From Mobula hypostoma (Eukaryota), in the NCBI RefSeq assembly GCF_963921235.1, contig NC_086108.1:28894001-28958000 (forward strand): a stretch of 64,000 nt of DNA, in the 5' to 3' direction. Made by a program: the position numbers and the translations under genes. The notes under the pieces are model-generated. The model saw nothing but the letters and a program-made list of their open reading frames with translations. It was not told the origin of the DNA and did not search any database. Below are positions 1 to 12,220 of this stretch, one piece after another. Positions within the stretch are counted from its first letter, which is position 1, and each line of letters starts with the position of its first letter.

Positions 1-36
1 TGAGCACTCTGGTCATTACAAATTAGAGGGAATATT

Positions 37-248
37 GTAAGGAGTATGTCCTCCTTGTGGAATGTGTGGGTTTTCCCTGCACACTCTGGTTTCCTCACAG
101 AGTCCAAAGACACACCAGATAGATTAATTGGTCATTGTAAACTGTCCTGTGATTAGGCTGGGGTTATTTCAGGGTTGCTTGGGTGTGCAGCTTGAAAAGC
201 CAAAGGATGTATTCTGCACTGTAATACTAAATAAATAATTTAAATAAA
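37..248 (+). mobile_element. V-SINE (HE1-like) copy, 5' truncated
   Basis: V-domain-like gtgggttttccc...ctctggtttcctcacagagtccaaagac and an (aaat)n tail. Similar copies at 31130, 48905 and 63019. Confidence 0.75.
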
Positions 249-262
249 CTTCCTTTGGTTCC

Positions 263-730
263 TCAGACATTGCCAAGATGGTCATTAAGGGGATTGATTC
301 TCTCACTGGTAACCCTTCTGATATACCTGCAGAATCTTTTGGAATTTTGCTTCATTTTGCCTGCCAAATCCTTCTCATATGCTCTTCCTACTTGAATTTG
401 TCTCTTAAATGCACTCCTACAGTTCTTGTAGCCATTAAGAGATTCACTAGTTCCCAACTGCTTATGTGCAGCATGAGCCTCCCTCTTTTTCTTAACCAGA
501 GCCTCATTATCATCCGCCAGGTTTCCCGAAACCTGCCAGCCTTGACCTTCACCCAAACAGGAAGATACAGGCCGACTTTTAAAGGCCTCCCAACTTGACA
601 GACACTCCTTTCTCTGCAAGATCCCACCTAATGGCTCCAAAATTAGCTCTGCCACTGTTCAGAAACTGAACCTGTGAACCAACCATATTTTTCTCCATAG
701 CTAATTTGAAACGAAGAGATTATGATCAAT
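263..730 (-). mobile_element. Degenerate CR1 LINE ORF2 fragment (EN-RT linker)
   Basis: ORF 263..655 contains YEKDLAGKMKQNSKRFCRY, similar to YERKLAENIKTDCKSFYRY in the young CR1 at 53-56 kb. Confidence 0.75.
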
Positions 731-1249
731 GCACACAAAGTATTCACCAACAGACACTATCACCATTTGCCAAGAGGAGGTGCAGTGTTGTACCTCTTTT
801 GTTGGCCCTTCTTGCTATTGATAAATGAATCTTTGTTGGATACATTTCACAAAGTCCACTCAGTCCAAGCCTTTCACATGAAGGTTAACTCAATTAACAT
901 TAAGCAAGTTAAAATCTTCCACTAATAAGGTGGTGCTGGTGGTATACGGCAACGTTTTGCAGGCAGCTCACAAAACGACGAGGTACTTTAATCAATATAC
1001 ATCTGAACTACAATCACTGCAATCCACAGCCTGTAATTTCCCTTTAAGAAATATATCATTGAACCATCCAAATGAACTAGTGATTTTACGATTGCCTTAA
1101 GAATTCAGTGAACTTGACTCTCGAGAATGCAGATACGGCCATTGCGACGGTTTTGGGGGTGGGGGGGGGTGGGCACTGTGTCGAGACCTGGAAGTGGAAA
1201 ACAAATTGGTGATCAGCAATACCTGCCTGTGTTTAACCCATCTCCCTTA

Positions 1250-1600
1250 GTGTTCCCTACTACCATCAGGGAGGAGATACAGAAGTGTTGTGTTCCACGG
1301 CGTCAGGTTCAAGAACAGTTGTTGCCCTGCAGCCATGAGGCTCCTGGACCGGCTTCACTTGCCTCAGCACTGAACTGACTCTATAGCAGCGGACTCACAT
1401 CCTTGGACTCTACAGCTCATGTTTCTGCATTATTTGTTTACTTTTTTTTTACTAATTGTATGACTTGCCCTTTATTGACATTTGGAGGTTTGTCAGTTTT
1501 TATTGTGGGGTTCTGATTCTTTGTTTTGTGGCTGCCTGCAAGATGAATGTCAAAGTTGTATATGGTACACCTACTTTGATAATAAATGTGATCTTTGAAC
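1250..1600 (+). mobile_element. Rex1/Babar-type LINE 3' end
   Basis: ctaccatcagggagg (LPSGR) motif and the 3' tail tgtggctgcctgcaag...actttgataataaa shared with other copies in the window. Confidence 0.6.
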
Positions 1601-1609
1601 TATTATGTT

Positions 1610-2600
1610 TACAACTAGCTGCACTTTCTCTACATATCTGCTCCTCCAATCCCCGCTGACTATTGGGGTCCTATAATAATCCCTGAGTGACCACCCCTTT
1701 ATATTTCTACCCATATGGCCTTACTGAATGATCCCCTAAGAACATCATCTCCAAGGACCATTGTTAAGTTCACTTTCATCACGGCAACTCTTACCCGCAT
1801 CTCTGTAAAGCCTGTAGCATCTGTAACCTGGAACAGAGTTGCCAGTCCTGCCCTTCCCTCAGCCACATTTCTGTAATGGCTATGATGCCCCAGTCCCCAG
1901 AGCCAATTAATGTCCCGAGTTCATCCACCTTACCTGTCAAGCTCTTGCCCTGAAATTAATGCAGTTTATACCAATTGTGTTTCCTCTCCATATTGCTCCT
2001 GATGAATACATTTATTCTCAATGGCTGCAGCATTATCTCCCAATTTCTCATCAACCACTCAACTGCTCAGATCCAACACCCCTGATATTCTAGGTTAAAC
2101 AGTCCTGAGTATACTAGTAAATCTCCCAGCCAGGATATTGATACCCATCTAGTCCAAGTACACATGACCCCTACCCCCAAAGGGATCCCAATGATCCCAA
2201 AACTTGAATCTCTACTCCACATTCATCTATGCCAGGGGTTCCCAAGCTGGGGTTCATGTACTACTCGGTTAATGGTAGAGGTCCATGGCATAAAAGGTTG
2301 GGAACCACCGATCAAGGCCATCTTTCAATTTCTACCCTCTCCAGCATGTGTCACAGGGATTAACACAGAGATTAGTATACTCAATGTCATTTACTCCTTC
2401 TTCTACTAATACCATGGGTACCAACGTGCACTATGAACACTGACATTTCACCCATTGAAACATTTAATGATGTTCCACTGCTACTCCAAGACATCTCTGA
2501 CCTTAGCACCCAGGAGGCAATAGACCACTCTGGCTTTTCTTTTGCAGTTACAGAATCTCCTGTCTGTCCCTCTAACTATTGTGGCCCCTATCACTATTTA
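1610..2600 (-). mobile_element. Old CR1 fragment (ORF1 esterase and EN remnants) with a nested MITE
   Basis: Segments such as ctcccagccaggatattg and gcacccaggaggcaa align by eye to the young CR1 at 56140-56540. Confidence 0.6.
2233..2310 (+). mobile_element. About 80-bp hAT/Charlie-type MITE
   Basis: TIRs CAGGGGTTCCCAA / TTGGGAACCACCG; 8-bp TSD atctatgc/atcaaggc. Sister copies at 22032, 32749 and about 63788. Confidence 0.75.
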
Positions 2601-4241
2601 TTTATCCATCTTCATCTAGTATGGCTCCTAGTAATCGGTTTCTGCTTCTGCAACTAAATACAAACAAACTAATTGACAGGTGAACAGTCTGACCTTAGTA
2701 TGAATATTGAGAAAGATAGATCAATTTTAATCTGTCTACTTTACAGTCAGTGTAAAAAAAAATTTCTCGGTCGTCAGAGGGCAGATGATCTCATTATGCT
2801 TGTTTCCCCATTGGGCAAGCTGATTTACCGTGGACTCTAATACATTTAAGATCATTTACAGCTTGACCGCCTCTGATCAGCTCTCTTGCAAAATATTCTT
2901 AAAATGTCATGCCGTAGTCTAACTTGCCTTTTGATGATCAAATTGGCCAAAGTTCTGGCTTGCAGTTTATCTGTATCCGACCATTCTGCGTGTTAGAAAT
3001 GGGAAGAACATTCATTCAACTCTCAGGAATTCATAAATGTTATACTAATTAAGTTATTGTACCAAGTGCAGAATCCTTGAGAATTCATTTAGTATAAAGC
3101 TTATTTTCTAAATGTTAATTGTGCTATTTCATAATGGCTGAAGATTTTGCCTGTTTTGAGTGAGTTGATTAATTCAGCGTCTGCTGTCAGTGGAGCTGGT
3201 AGGTTTCCCAATGTCTGCATATCAGATCAAATTTTGCCTTTCAAAAACAAAGCATAATCAATGTTTCAAAAGAACTGTAATAATTATTTCCACAGCTAGC
3301 ATCTGAGGTGTGACAGATGGTATGCATGAAAGCATTAATTTTAATCTACAAGAGAGCTCCCATTCTGTAGTTCTTTGTCAGGGAACAGAACACAGGAAAC
3401 AACTGCAGCTCTGATTTTTGCAATACTCAATGAATCACTGTTGTTTCACTATGATAATGCCAAATTTTAGGATATTACCAGTACTTTGAAAATCGAGATT
3501 TTAAATGAAAAATGTTAATCCGTGCCATTAACTATTAATTACTATTTCACTTTATAATTGCTAACTCTCGTCCAGCCTATGACTAACTTGAGAGATGAGG
3601 GTTTGGATTTGAGTAGGTACTTGATGACTATCAGAAGCAGACACGGACATCAATTGGTCTGTTAGTTCAACTCCTAAACCAAATAAATCATAACTAATCT
3701 CATTTATTTTTCCTTAAAATACAGACAACACTTAACTTTGCAGCTTTTTATTTAAAAACTGACCCTTGCATGCGTTTGTAACAAGTTGAGAGGGCTTGCC
3801 GTGCAAACCCCATGAACTATCCAGGACTCCCAACATAAAGAGTACAAGGTGCTCACTGAGTAACAAGTCACTTTAATAGACTGCTTATTGTTTGCAGCAG
3901 TAGGAATACAATAACTTTGCCAATTAGTAGTGCGTTCCATCTGAAAAGCAATTCCAATCATTCAAGTGACTCAACATGAGAGCTGCAAACATTTTATTCC
4001 CTTTTCCATCAAAGCATTACTTGGATGAAATTTTACCACTCAAGTCAGGAAGCAGGAAGCCTTCTTGGTCTGCCTGAGAACATTGTGCTAAAGAAACAAA
4101 CCCACAAATACTTAAGATTGTGAATAAGCAAATATTCTCAGTTAACAAATCCTCATGTTCAAAATACCATTATTTACTGGCAACACACACAAAATGCTGG
4201 TGGAACGCAGCAGGCCAGGCAGCATCTATAGCAAGAGATAC

Positions 4242-4281
4242 AGTCGACAGATGTTTCTGGCCGAGACCCTTCGTCAGGACT
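4242..4281 (-). ncRNA. Hammerhead motif variant with a 4-nt insertion in helix III
   Basis: Reverse complement is AGTCCTGACGAAGGGTCTCGGCCAGAAACATCTGTCGACT. Confidence 0.65.
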
Positions 4282-5912
4282 AACTGAAAGAAGAGATAGC
4301 AAGAGATTTGAAAGTGGGAGGGGGAGAGGGAGATCTGAAATGATAGGAGAAGACAGGAGGGGGAGGGATGGAGCTAAGAGCTGGGAAGTTGATTGGCAAA
4401 AGGGATACAAGGTTGGAAAAGGGAGAGGATCATGGGACAGGAGGCCCAAGGAGGGGAAAAAAAAGGGGGTAAGGGAGCCCAGAGGAAGATGGAGAGCAGG
4501 CAAGGAGTTATAGTGAGAGGGATAGAGGGAGAGAAGAGAGAGAGAGGAAAAAAGGGAAAAAATAAAGAATAGTAAATAAATAAATAACGGATGGGGTACG
4601 AGGGGGAGGAGGGGCATTAACATAAGTTAGAGAAGTCAATTTTCATGCCATCAGGTTGTTGGCTACCCAGACGGAATACAAGGTATTGTTCCTCCAACCT
4701 GAGTGTGGCTTCATCTTGACTACAGTAGAGGAGGCCGTGGATAGACATATCAGAATGGGAATGGGACGTGGAATTAAAATGTGTGGCCACTGGGAGATCC
4801 TGCTTTCTCTGGCGGACAGAGCGTAGGTGTTCAGCGAAATGGTCTCCCAGCCTGCATTGGGTCTCGCCAATATATACAAGTTAAATTGTGTGGCCACTGG
4901 GAGATCCTGCTTTCTCTGACTGACACAGCATAGGGCTCTCACCCGATCTTCCTGCCACCCCACTAGGGATAGGGTTCCCCTTGTCCTCACCCACCACCCC
5001 ACCAGCCTCCGGGTCCAAAATATAATACTCCGTAACTTCCGCCACCTCCAACGGGATCCTACCACCAAGCACATCTTTCCCTTCTCCCTTCTTTCTGCTT
5101 TCCGCAGGGATCACTCCCTACGCGCCTCCCTTGTCCATTCATCCCCCCTATCCCTTCCCACTGATCTCCCTCCTGGCACTTATCCTTGTAAACGGAACAA
5201 GGGCTACACCTGCCCTTACACTTCCTCCCTCACCACCATTCAGGGCCCCTGACAGTCCTTCCAGGTAAGGCGACACTTCTCCTGTGAGTTGGCTGGGGTG
5301 ATATACTGGGTCCGGTGCTCCTGGTGCGGCCTTCTATACATTGGCGAGACCCAACACAGACTGGGAGATCGTTTCGGTGAACACCTATGCTCTGTCCGCC
5401 AGAGAAAGCAGGATATCCCAATGGCCACACATTTTAATTCCACGTCCCATTCCCATTCCCATTCTGATATGTCTATCCACGGCCTCCTCTACTGTCAAGA
5501 TGAAGCCACACTCAGGTTGGAGGAACAACACCTTATATGCCGTCTGGGCAGCCTCCAACCTGATGGCATGAACATTGACTTCTCTAACTTCCGTTAATGC
5601 CCCTCCTCCCCTTCATACCCCATCCCTTTATTTATTTATTTATTTACTATTTCCCCCCCCCTTTTTTCCCCCCTCTCCCTCTGTCCCTCTCACTGTAACT
5701 CCTTGCCTGCTTTCCATCTTCCTCTGGGCTCCCCTCCCCCTTTCTTTCTCCCTGGGCCTCCTGTCCCATGATCCTCTCCCTTCCCCAGCCTCGTATCCCT
5801 TTTGCCAATCAACTTTCCAGCTCTTAGCTCCATCCCTCCCCCTCCTGTCTTCTCCTATCATTTCCAATCTTCCCCTCCCCTATCAAATCTCTTACTTTCT
5901 CTTCTTTCAGTT

Positions 5913-5948
5913 AGTCCTGACGAAGGGTCTCGGCCCGAAACGTCGACC
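5913..5948 (+). ncRNA. Minimal type-I hammerhead ribozyme motif in the Penelope pLTR
   Basis: AGTC-CTGACGA-A-GGGT(CTCG)GCCC-GAAA-C-GTC-GACC: hammerhead core CUGANGA and GAAA, a GUC triplet, helix II, a short helix I and a loopless palindromic (ACGU) helix III. Confidence 0.8.
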
Positions 5949-6319
5949 GTACCTCTTTCAATACGTGCTGCCTGGCCTGCGTTCACCAACAATTTGCGTG
6001 TGTTGCTTGGGTTTCCGGCATCTGCAGATTTCCTCATGTTTGCACCATTATTTACTAACTAGCTTAATGTCATGCTGCTCTGCCACTGTAAACAAATGTT
6101 TTTCCTAAATAAATTTTTATTCATATCACTCTTTAAATTTGATAATGTAAACATTACTGCTATGATATGGGGAAGAACAAGCAAATAAAGAGTCATGAAA
6201 TTTTTATCACTTAGTCATAAAGCTTGAACATTCATTTGCAAAGACCTTGGTTCAATTATATCAGACACACGATACAACTCATTACAAGAATATCTATTTC
6301 ATGCTTTATGACATTAACT

Positions 6320-8260
6320 GGAATATCTTTTGTGATGGGGATGACTGAGTTCATGGAAAGGGTCATGAGCTTCATCCGGAAGTGCATCAAGGACATTGTC
6401 CCCCCAAAATCAGTCAGGGTCTATACAAACCAGAAAACTCTGGATTAATAGTCCCGTGCATGTTGCACTTACCATGTGAGACAGAGCTTTCGCCGCTGGT
6501 AACCAACAGGAACTCAAGAAAAGCAGCTATGTTCTACGCAAAGAAATCTAGGCAGTGAGATGACAATACAGAGACAAGATTCAGACACAACTCTCCACCA
6601 GCAACACACACAGCTTATGCCAAGGTCTGCACACCATCACAGACTTCAAAGCTAAACACAGTAGTGCTGGCAACATCGCTGCCTCTCTCCCAGATGAGTC
6701 AAATCTTTTTTATGCTCGATTCGATGCTGCCAATGCTACCTGCACCTTGGTCATCTCAGAGGCTGAAGTACGCAGGTGTTTCCAATGAGTGAACAGCCAC
6801 AATGCTGTGGGACCGGACGACAACCCAGAGCGGGTACTCAGAGTGTGTGCAGCACAACTGGTGTGTTTGCAGACATCTCTAATCTCTCCCTCTCTCAATG
6901 TAGAGTGTCCTCCTGCTTCAAACATCCACCACTGTCCCTGTACCTAAAAAGACCACGGCAACATGCCTGAACGACTGGTGTCCTGTCACATTCACCTCAA
7001 TAATAAGCAAATGATTTGAGAGGCTGGTCAAGGACTACAACTGCAGCTTGCTATCATCCACACTGGACCCCCTACAACTCACCTACTGACACAACCGATG
7101 GCGCAATAGCCACAACTCTACACACCGTCCTTATACACCTGGAGAAGAAGGATGCTTCTGTGAGAATGCTGTTCTTGGACTACAGTTCAACATCCAACAC
7201 CACAATTCTCTCCAGGCTCGACAAGAAGCTCAGAGACCTGGGCCTTCACCCTGCCTTGTGCAGCTGGATCCTGGACTTCCTGTCAGATCACCGGCATGTG
7301 GCAAGAGTGGGCTCCCTCACCTCTTCCCCTCTGACCCTCAACACAGGAGACCCCCAGGGCCTCAAGCCTCCTCCTTTACTCTTTGTACTCCCATGACTGT
7401 GTCACCACCCACAGCTCCAATCTGCTTTAAATTTGCAGATGATACTACAGTGATTGGCCTTATCTCAAATAATAACGAGGCAGCCTACAGAGAAGAAGTC
7501 ATCACTTTGCCACAGTGGCGTCAAGAAAACAACCTCTCCCTCAATGTCACAAAAACAAAGGAGCTGGTTGTGGACTACAGGAGGAATGGAAACATCAAGA
7601 GATGTGGGGTTGAGAGGGTGAACAGCTTTAAGTTCCTTAGTATGCACATCACCGAGTATCTCACTTGATCTGTACATATCGGCTATGTGGTGAAAAAAGC
7701 ACATCACCCCTTTCACCTCAGATGGTTGAAGAAGTTTGGCATGAATCCCCAAATCCTAAGGACTTTCTACAGGGGCGCATTTGAGAGCATCCTGACTGGT
7801 TGTATCACTGCCTGGTATGGGAACTCTACTTCTCTCAATCGCAGGACTCTGCAGTGAGTGGTGCAGATAGACCAGCGCATCTGTGGATGTGAACTTCCCA
7901 CCAATCAAGAGATTTACAGTGACAGGTGCATAAAAACTGCACGAAAGATCATTGGGGACCCAAGTCACCCCAACCACAAACTGTTCCAGCTGCTACCATC
8001 CGGGAAACGGTACTGCAGCATTAAAGCCAGGACCAATAGGTTCCAGGACAGCTTCTTCCACCAGGCCATCAGACTGATTAATTCAGGCTAACACATGTAT
8101 TTCTCAGCTATATTGACTGTTCTGTTGTATATTTTACTATACATACTATTATTAAAAATTACTAAAATTTGCACATTGCACATTCAGATGGAGACATAAT
8201 GTAAAGACTTCACTCCTCACGTATGTAAGGATGTAAGAAATAAAGTCAATTCAAATTCAG
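6320..8260 (+). mobile_element. Rex1/Babar-type LINE, degenerate RT and 3' end
   Basis: VRMLFLDYSS, CSWILDFLSD, FADDTTVIGLISNNNEAAYREEV and LLPSGKRYCSIKARTNRFQDSFF occur in several frames; tail aataaagtcaattcaaattca. Confidence 0.85.
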
Positions 8261-8479
8261 TAGACCCTGAAGCAGAAAGAATTTCAGCAAATAACAGTCC
8301 CCTTAAACATGCTTGAAACCTAGTTGCTGACGCACTAACTATTCAGCTCTTCACGACAATCTTCCATCCATTTTTCTAAATGGATTATATCATTAGCACA
8401 TTAATGTCTGAGCAGTTTTCCTGCTTTACAATTGTGTTTTGTAAAATCTCCAGCAAGCATTAAAAAACCATCATGGACT

Positions 8480-10232
8480 TCCATCTGTATTTAATCTGAG
8501 TTCTCATAAGCTCTTCAAAACTTTTGCCTGTCCAGCCCTTGATGTAATAATGACTTTTTCTTTCATTAGATTTTCCTGTAACTGCAAATTGTTCAAACTA
8601 CTCTTCCCTCAGTACATGTCCCAAAAATTCCAATTGCCGTTTTGCTGATTGATATCAGCTCTCTTCTTATTCCAGTTTTTGCAACACTTTCTTATTTGTT
8701 AACTCTGTCCTACCACAATATTTTCACCATTCTTCTCAAAACCACTTTACTGCAACTTCGTCTTCCCTCATATTGCTTTGATATTGTCCAACATTCAAAT
8801 CCATATGTTAGCGTGGAATGAACGTAGCGCTACACCACTGAGTTTCATACCCAGAAATTACATTATTCTTTAGCATCTCGCTCAAATGCTTGGACATGCA
8901 TTTAGCAATCCCAATCCTCCTCCTAATTTCAACATCAGCTCTATCATCAGATGTTGTCATGCTCCCTAAGTATTTGAAATTCCACGTTGGTTTAATTGTT
9001 TTGTTGTCCACTTTCAGTTCCGATTTCTGTATTTCTTCTTTGTGACAATTCGGTCTTCTTGCAGTTGATGTTCAACCCTCTCTTTGCACTTTCTCTGAAG
9101 ACTTTATCTAGTATTTCTTAGAAGTAGCTGTCAGCACTGTGTTGTTTGTGTAACTTAGATTGTTCAAATTGTATCCACCAGTGATTATTCATGGCATACT
9201 GCTAATTTCTCTTAGAATCATCTCACCATAAAGGTTGAATAGGTCAGGCAAGAGAACACAACCCCGTCTGACTCCCCTCTTAATCTGTACAAAATCAGTA
9301 GTCACATTTTCAATTCTTATTCCTGCTCTTTGTTCCCAATAAAAAATTTCTGATAATTCTGATATCTTTCCCAACAATGTCCAAGTGCTGAAGGATTCCC
9401 ATCAGCTCTTTATGTATTACGTTATCCAAAGCTTGGATGTAATCGATGAAACATAGGTATGATCTTTCTGCACCTCTATGGCACACTCACAAATCATTTG
9501 AAGGATGAAGATTGCATTTCGCATTCCATTATTTTTAATGAAACCACACTGCTCTTGCGCAATCACTTGCTTCATGCCTTTTCTCGCTCTCATTATGATG
9601 GTTCGTAGCAGGACTTTCACAACATGACTCAAACTAATTATTCGGTGTGACTTGCATTAAGTTCTTCTGGGGTTCTTTTTGGCCGTGCAATAACTACTGA
9701 CTTGCCCATTTCCTCAGGTTATTTCCCCATTACCATAAACTTCATTCAGCATATCTGTCAACTTTTCACTCCTGAAATCTTCCAGCACTTGAATAATTTC
9801 CACCGCAATGCCATCCGGCCGTAATGACATATCCTTCTTCATTTTCCCCATTGCTGCTTTAACTTCTGATTTCATAATTGGTGGGCCATCCACATTCATG
9901 AGTATCGATCCTTCAAACACCCACCAGAATTAGTACCCATGAGCGTCCTCACCTTTTTGTGCATACAGCCAGAACTTTTTCAGTTTCCCTACCCAGCGAT
10001 AACCGATACTCTTCAGAGATTGTCTGCCTGCTGTCAGTGGTTGCATAACCAGGAGGTGATATGCACCAGCTGCTCATACCTGTCCATCACCTGTTCCTAT
10101 GGCTTCATGTGACCCTGATCGGGGGGCTAAGCAGTTGCTACACCTTGCCCAAAGGTGACCTGCAGGCTAGTGGAGGGTAGGAGTGACCTACACCTCTTTT
10201 GATAGAGACACATCTCCACCCCCACCACCAAA
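8480..10232 (-). mobile_element. RTE-clade (BovB-like) LINE: degenerate RT (8500-9920) plus 5' head (10020-10232)
   Basis: SHVVKVLLRTIIMR, EQCGF, IKRGVRRGCVLLPDLFNLYGE, FKYLGS and EIRRRIGIAK motifs. The head sequence is shared with 25680-25897. Confidence 0.8.
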
Positions 10233-10581
10233 AACACTTGTCATTAATTTATTATGTCCAAGATCTTGCAACATATAATCTAATGCTTCAGTGGCTGCTT
10301 TGTGAGCTTTTGTGCTTTCATTCTTAACAATAAGCTTTCAATTGTTCATAATATTTTGCTTTGTAGTTCCTTGACTGACATTACAGGTTAAAGTCTCCAC
10401 ATTTGTCAATGTTAAGTGGAGATTTCTCCTGTCAAAATTGTCCAAGTAATGTCTGATGTTGCTATGGCCAAGGCTATCATACTTTATGCCTTCGTATTTT
10501 AGTTAGAAGTAGATTAATAAAGAAAGATATTGCATTCCAGCAAAAAAGATTACTTCATCACTGTAAGCAGCCTCAGTAATA

Positions 10582-12220
10582 CAGGTTTCCCCCGCCATCC
10601 GAAGGTAGAGCGTTCCTATGAAATGGTTCGTAAGCCGGAATGTCGTAAAGTGGAGAAGCAATTACCATTTATTAATATGGGAAAAATTTATGAGCGTTCA
10701 CAGACCCAAAAATAACCTACCAAATGATGCCAAATAACACACAAAACCTAAAATAACAGTAACATATAGTAAAAGCAGGAATGATATGATAAATACACAG
10801 CCAATACAAAGTAGAAATACTTTTCTACAATCATTGTCTGACTGTTCTCCATAGCGAAAATTTCACGCAAGCGCTCTTGGCAAAAACACGACGCAAGCGC
10901 TCTCAGCAAAAACACTCTCTCCAGTAACCTTTAAGCTATGAAGCTGCCAAATCATACCAAATAACATATAAAAATACACAGCCTATATAAAGTAGAAATG
11001 ATGTATATACAGTGTAGTATCACTTATGGGAATCGGGATCTCCAGGCAGCGAACCGATACTGATCCGCCAAGCATGCAGGGGTACAGCGGTCGCCGGGAC
11101 GCACCCAGCACATCTTTAAGAAAAAAGCCGAAACAAACAAGCTAATTAATTAGGTGCCGCCTGGCACGTAAATGTCAACCCAGATCAGAGGCAACGCAAT
11201 CGGCAATTGCCTCCAATCTGAGCCGACATTTACATGCCGGGCAGCACCCAATTAATTAGCTTGTTTATTTAGGCTTTTTTCTTAAAGACGTGCTGGGTGC
11301 CTCCCGGCTACCGCTGCATTCTCCACGAATCAGTATCTGTCCATGGCCCGGGGGTTGGGACCACTGGGGTGGTGGGACACGGGGGGTGTCATCTCATCGT
11401 CGATCAGGGCAGGCAGGTCATCTTCTTCTATGTCTGCCTGCCTCAATGGCGAAGGTCGAGGTTCGTCGTCTGCTGTGGCTGATGTGGAAGGCTTGAAAAA
11501 CGACAGTATGCTTGACTGCTTAGCCTTGCATATTTTTCTATCATACAGTTCTTTGTAAACCATCTTGCAAATATGCCCTAAACCGACGTACCTTTTCAAA
11601 ATTAAAGTCGTACTTTATCATTGCAGTGAAAATCTCACGCAGTTGCTTCACGCTCACTTCCTGGACGACTTCACTTTCGGTCCGTTCCCTACCGCCTTCG
11701 GTTTCGATTGTTATCCTTTCCTCTTCCAATTGCATCAGCTCTTCATCTATCAGTTCTTGGTCATGAGATGCCAAAACCTCTTCAACATCATCTTCATCAA
11801 CTTCCACAAGCCAAACTCACCTTGTCCTTACTTCGTTCACCACGATCAAAACGCTTAATTATGTCTAGTTTTACACTAAGTGTAACACCCTTACAAGCTC
11901 TTTTAGGCTTTTCTGATACCTTAGAACTCATCCTGCAAACGGATGCTCAAAATAAATCGACATAAAGCACAGATGCTCACAGGTACGTGTTTAAGCAATG
12001 TCGGCTAGAATGCAGTTCCGAGTCCGGGGGAGAACAGCTGCTCAGGGCGCGCGTTGTTTCTTTTCGCACGTTGCCTTTTATCGCGCGCTGCTTTCTTCGC
12101 ACGTTGCCTTTTTTCGTAACAGTGCAAACACCTTCTGTTAGCAAAAACAGGTAACTAATGTAGGTCTTTCATAACAGTGAGGTTTCGTAAAGCGAACATT
12201 CAAAAAGCGGGGGACACCTA
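10582..12220 (-). mobile_element. Tigger/pogo-type DNA transposon, internally deleted, with a transposase C-terminal remnant
   Basis: TIRs CAGGTTTCCCCCGC / GCGGGGGACACCTA flanked by TA. Remnants EVDEDDVEEVLASHDQELIDEELMQLEEE and KQSSILSFFK at 11330-11807. Confidence 0.85.

Larger units (their letters stand above)
4179..6043 (+). mobile_element. Penelope-like element (GIY-YIG endonuclease, Cys-linker/Neptune-like), 5' truncated, with an inverted pLTR arm at 4179-~4880
   Basis: ORF 5289..5597 reads GVIYWVRCSWCGLLYIGETQHRLGDRFGEH. 4179-4875 is an inverted copy of about 5335-6006. Perfect 13-bp TSD accattatttact at 4166-4178 and 6044-6056. Confidence 0.9.

Noticed and set aside
4150..4159. Target sequence tcctcatgtt resembling the element's 3' tail, as evidence of sequence-specific targeting
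   Set aside because: Not seen at the other Penelope insertion sites, so a single short match may be chance.
4174..6108. 149-aa and 177-aa Leu/Pro/Ser-rich ORFs
   Set aside because: Low-complexity translations of the pyrimidine-rich Penelope pLTR.
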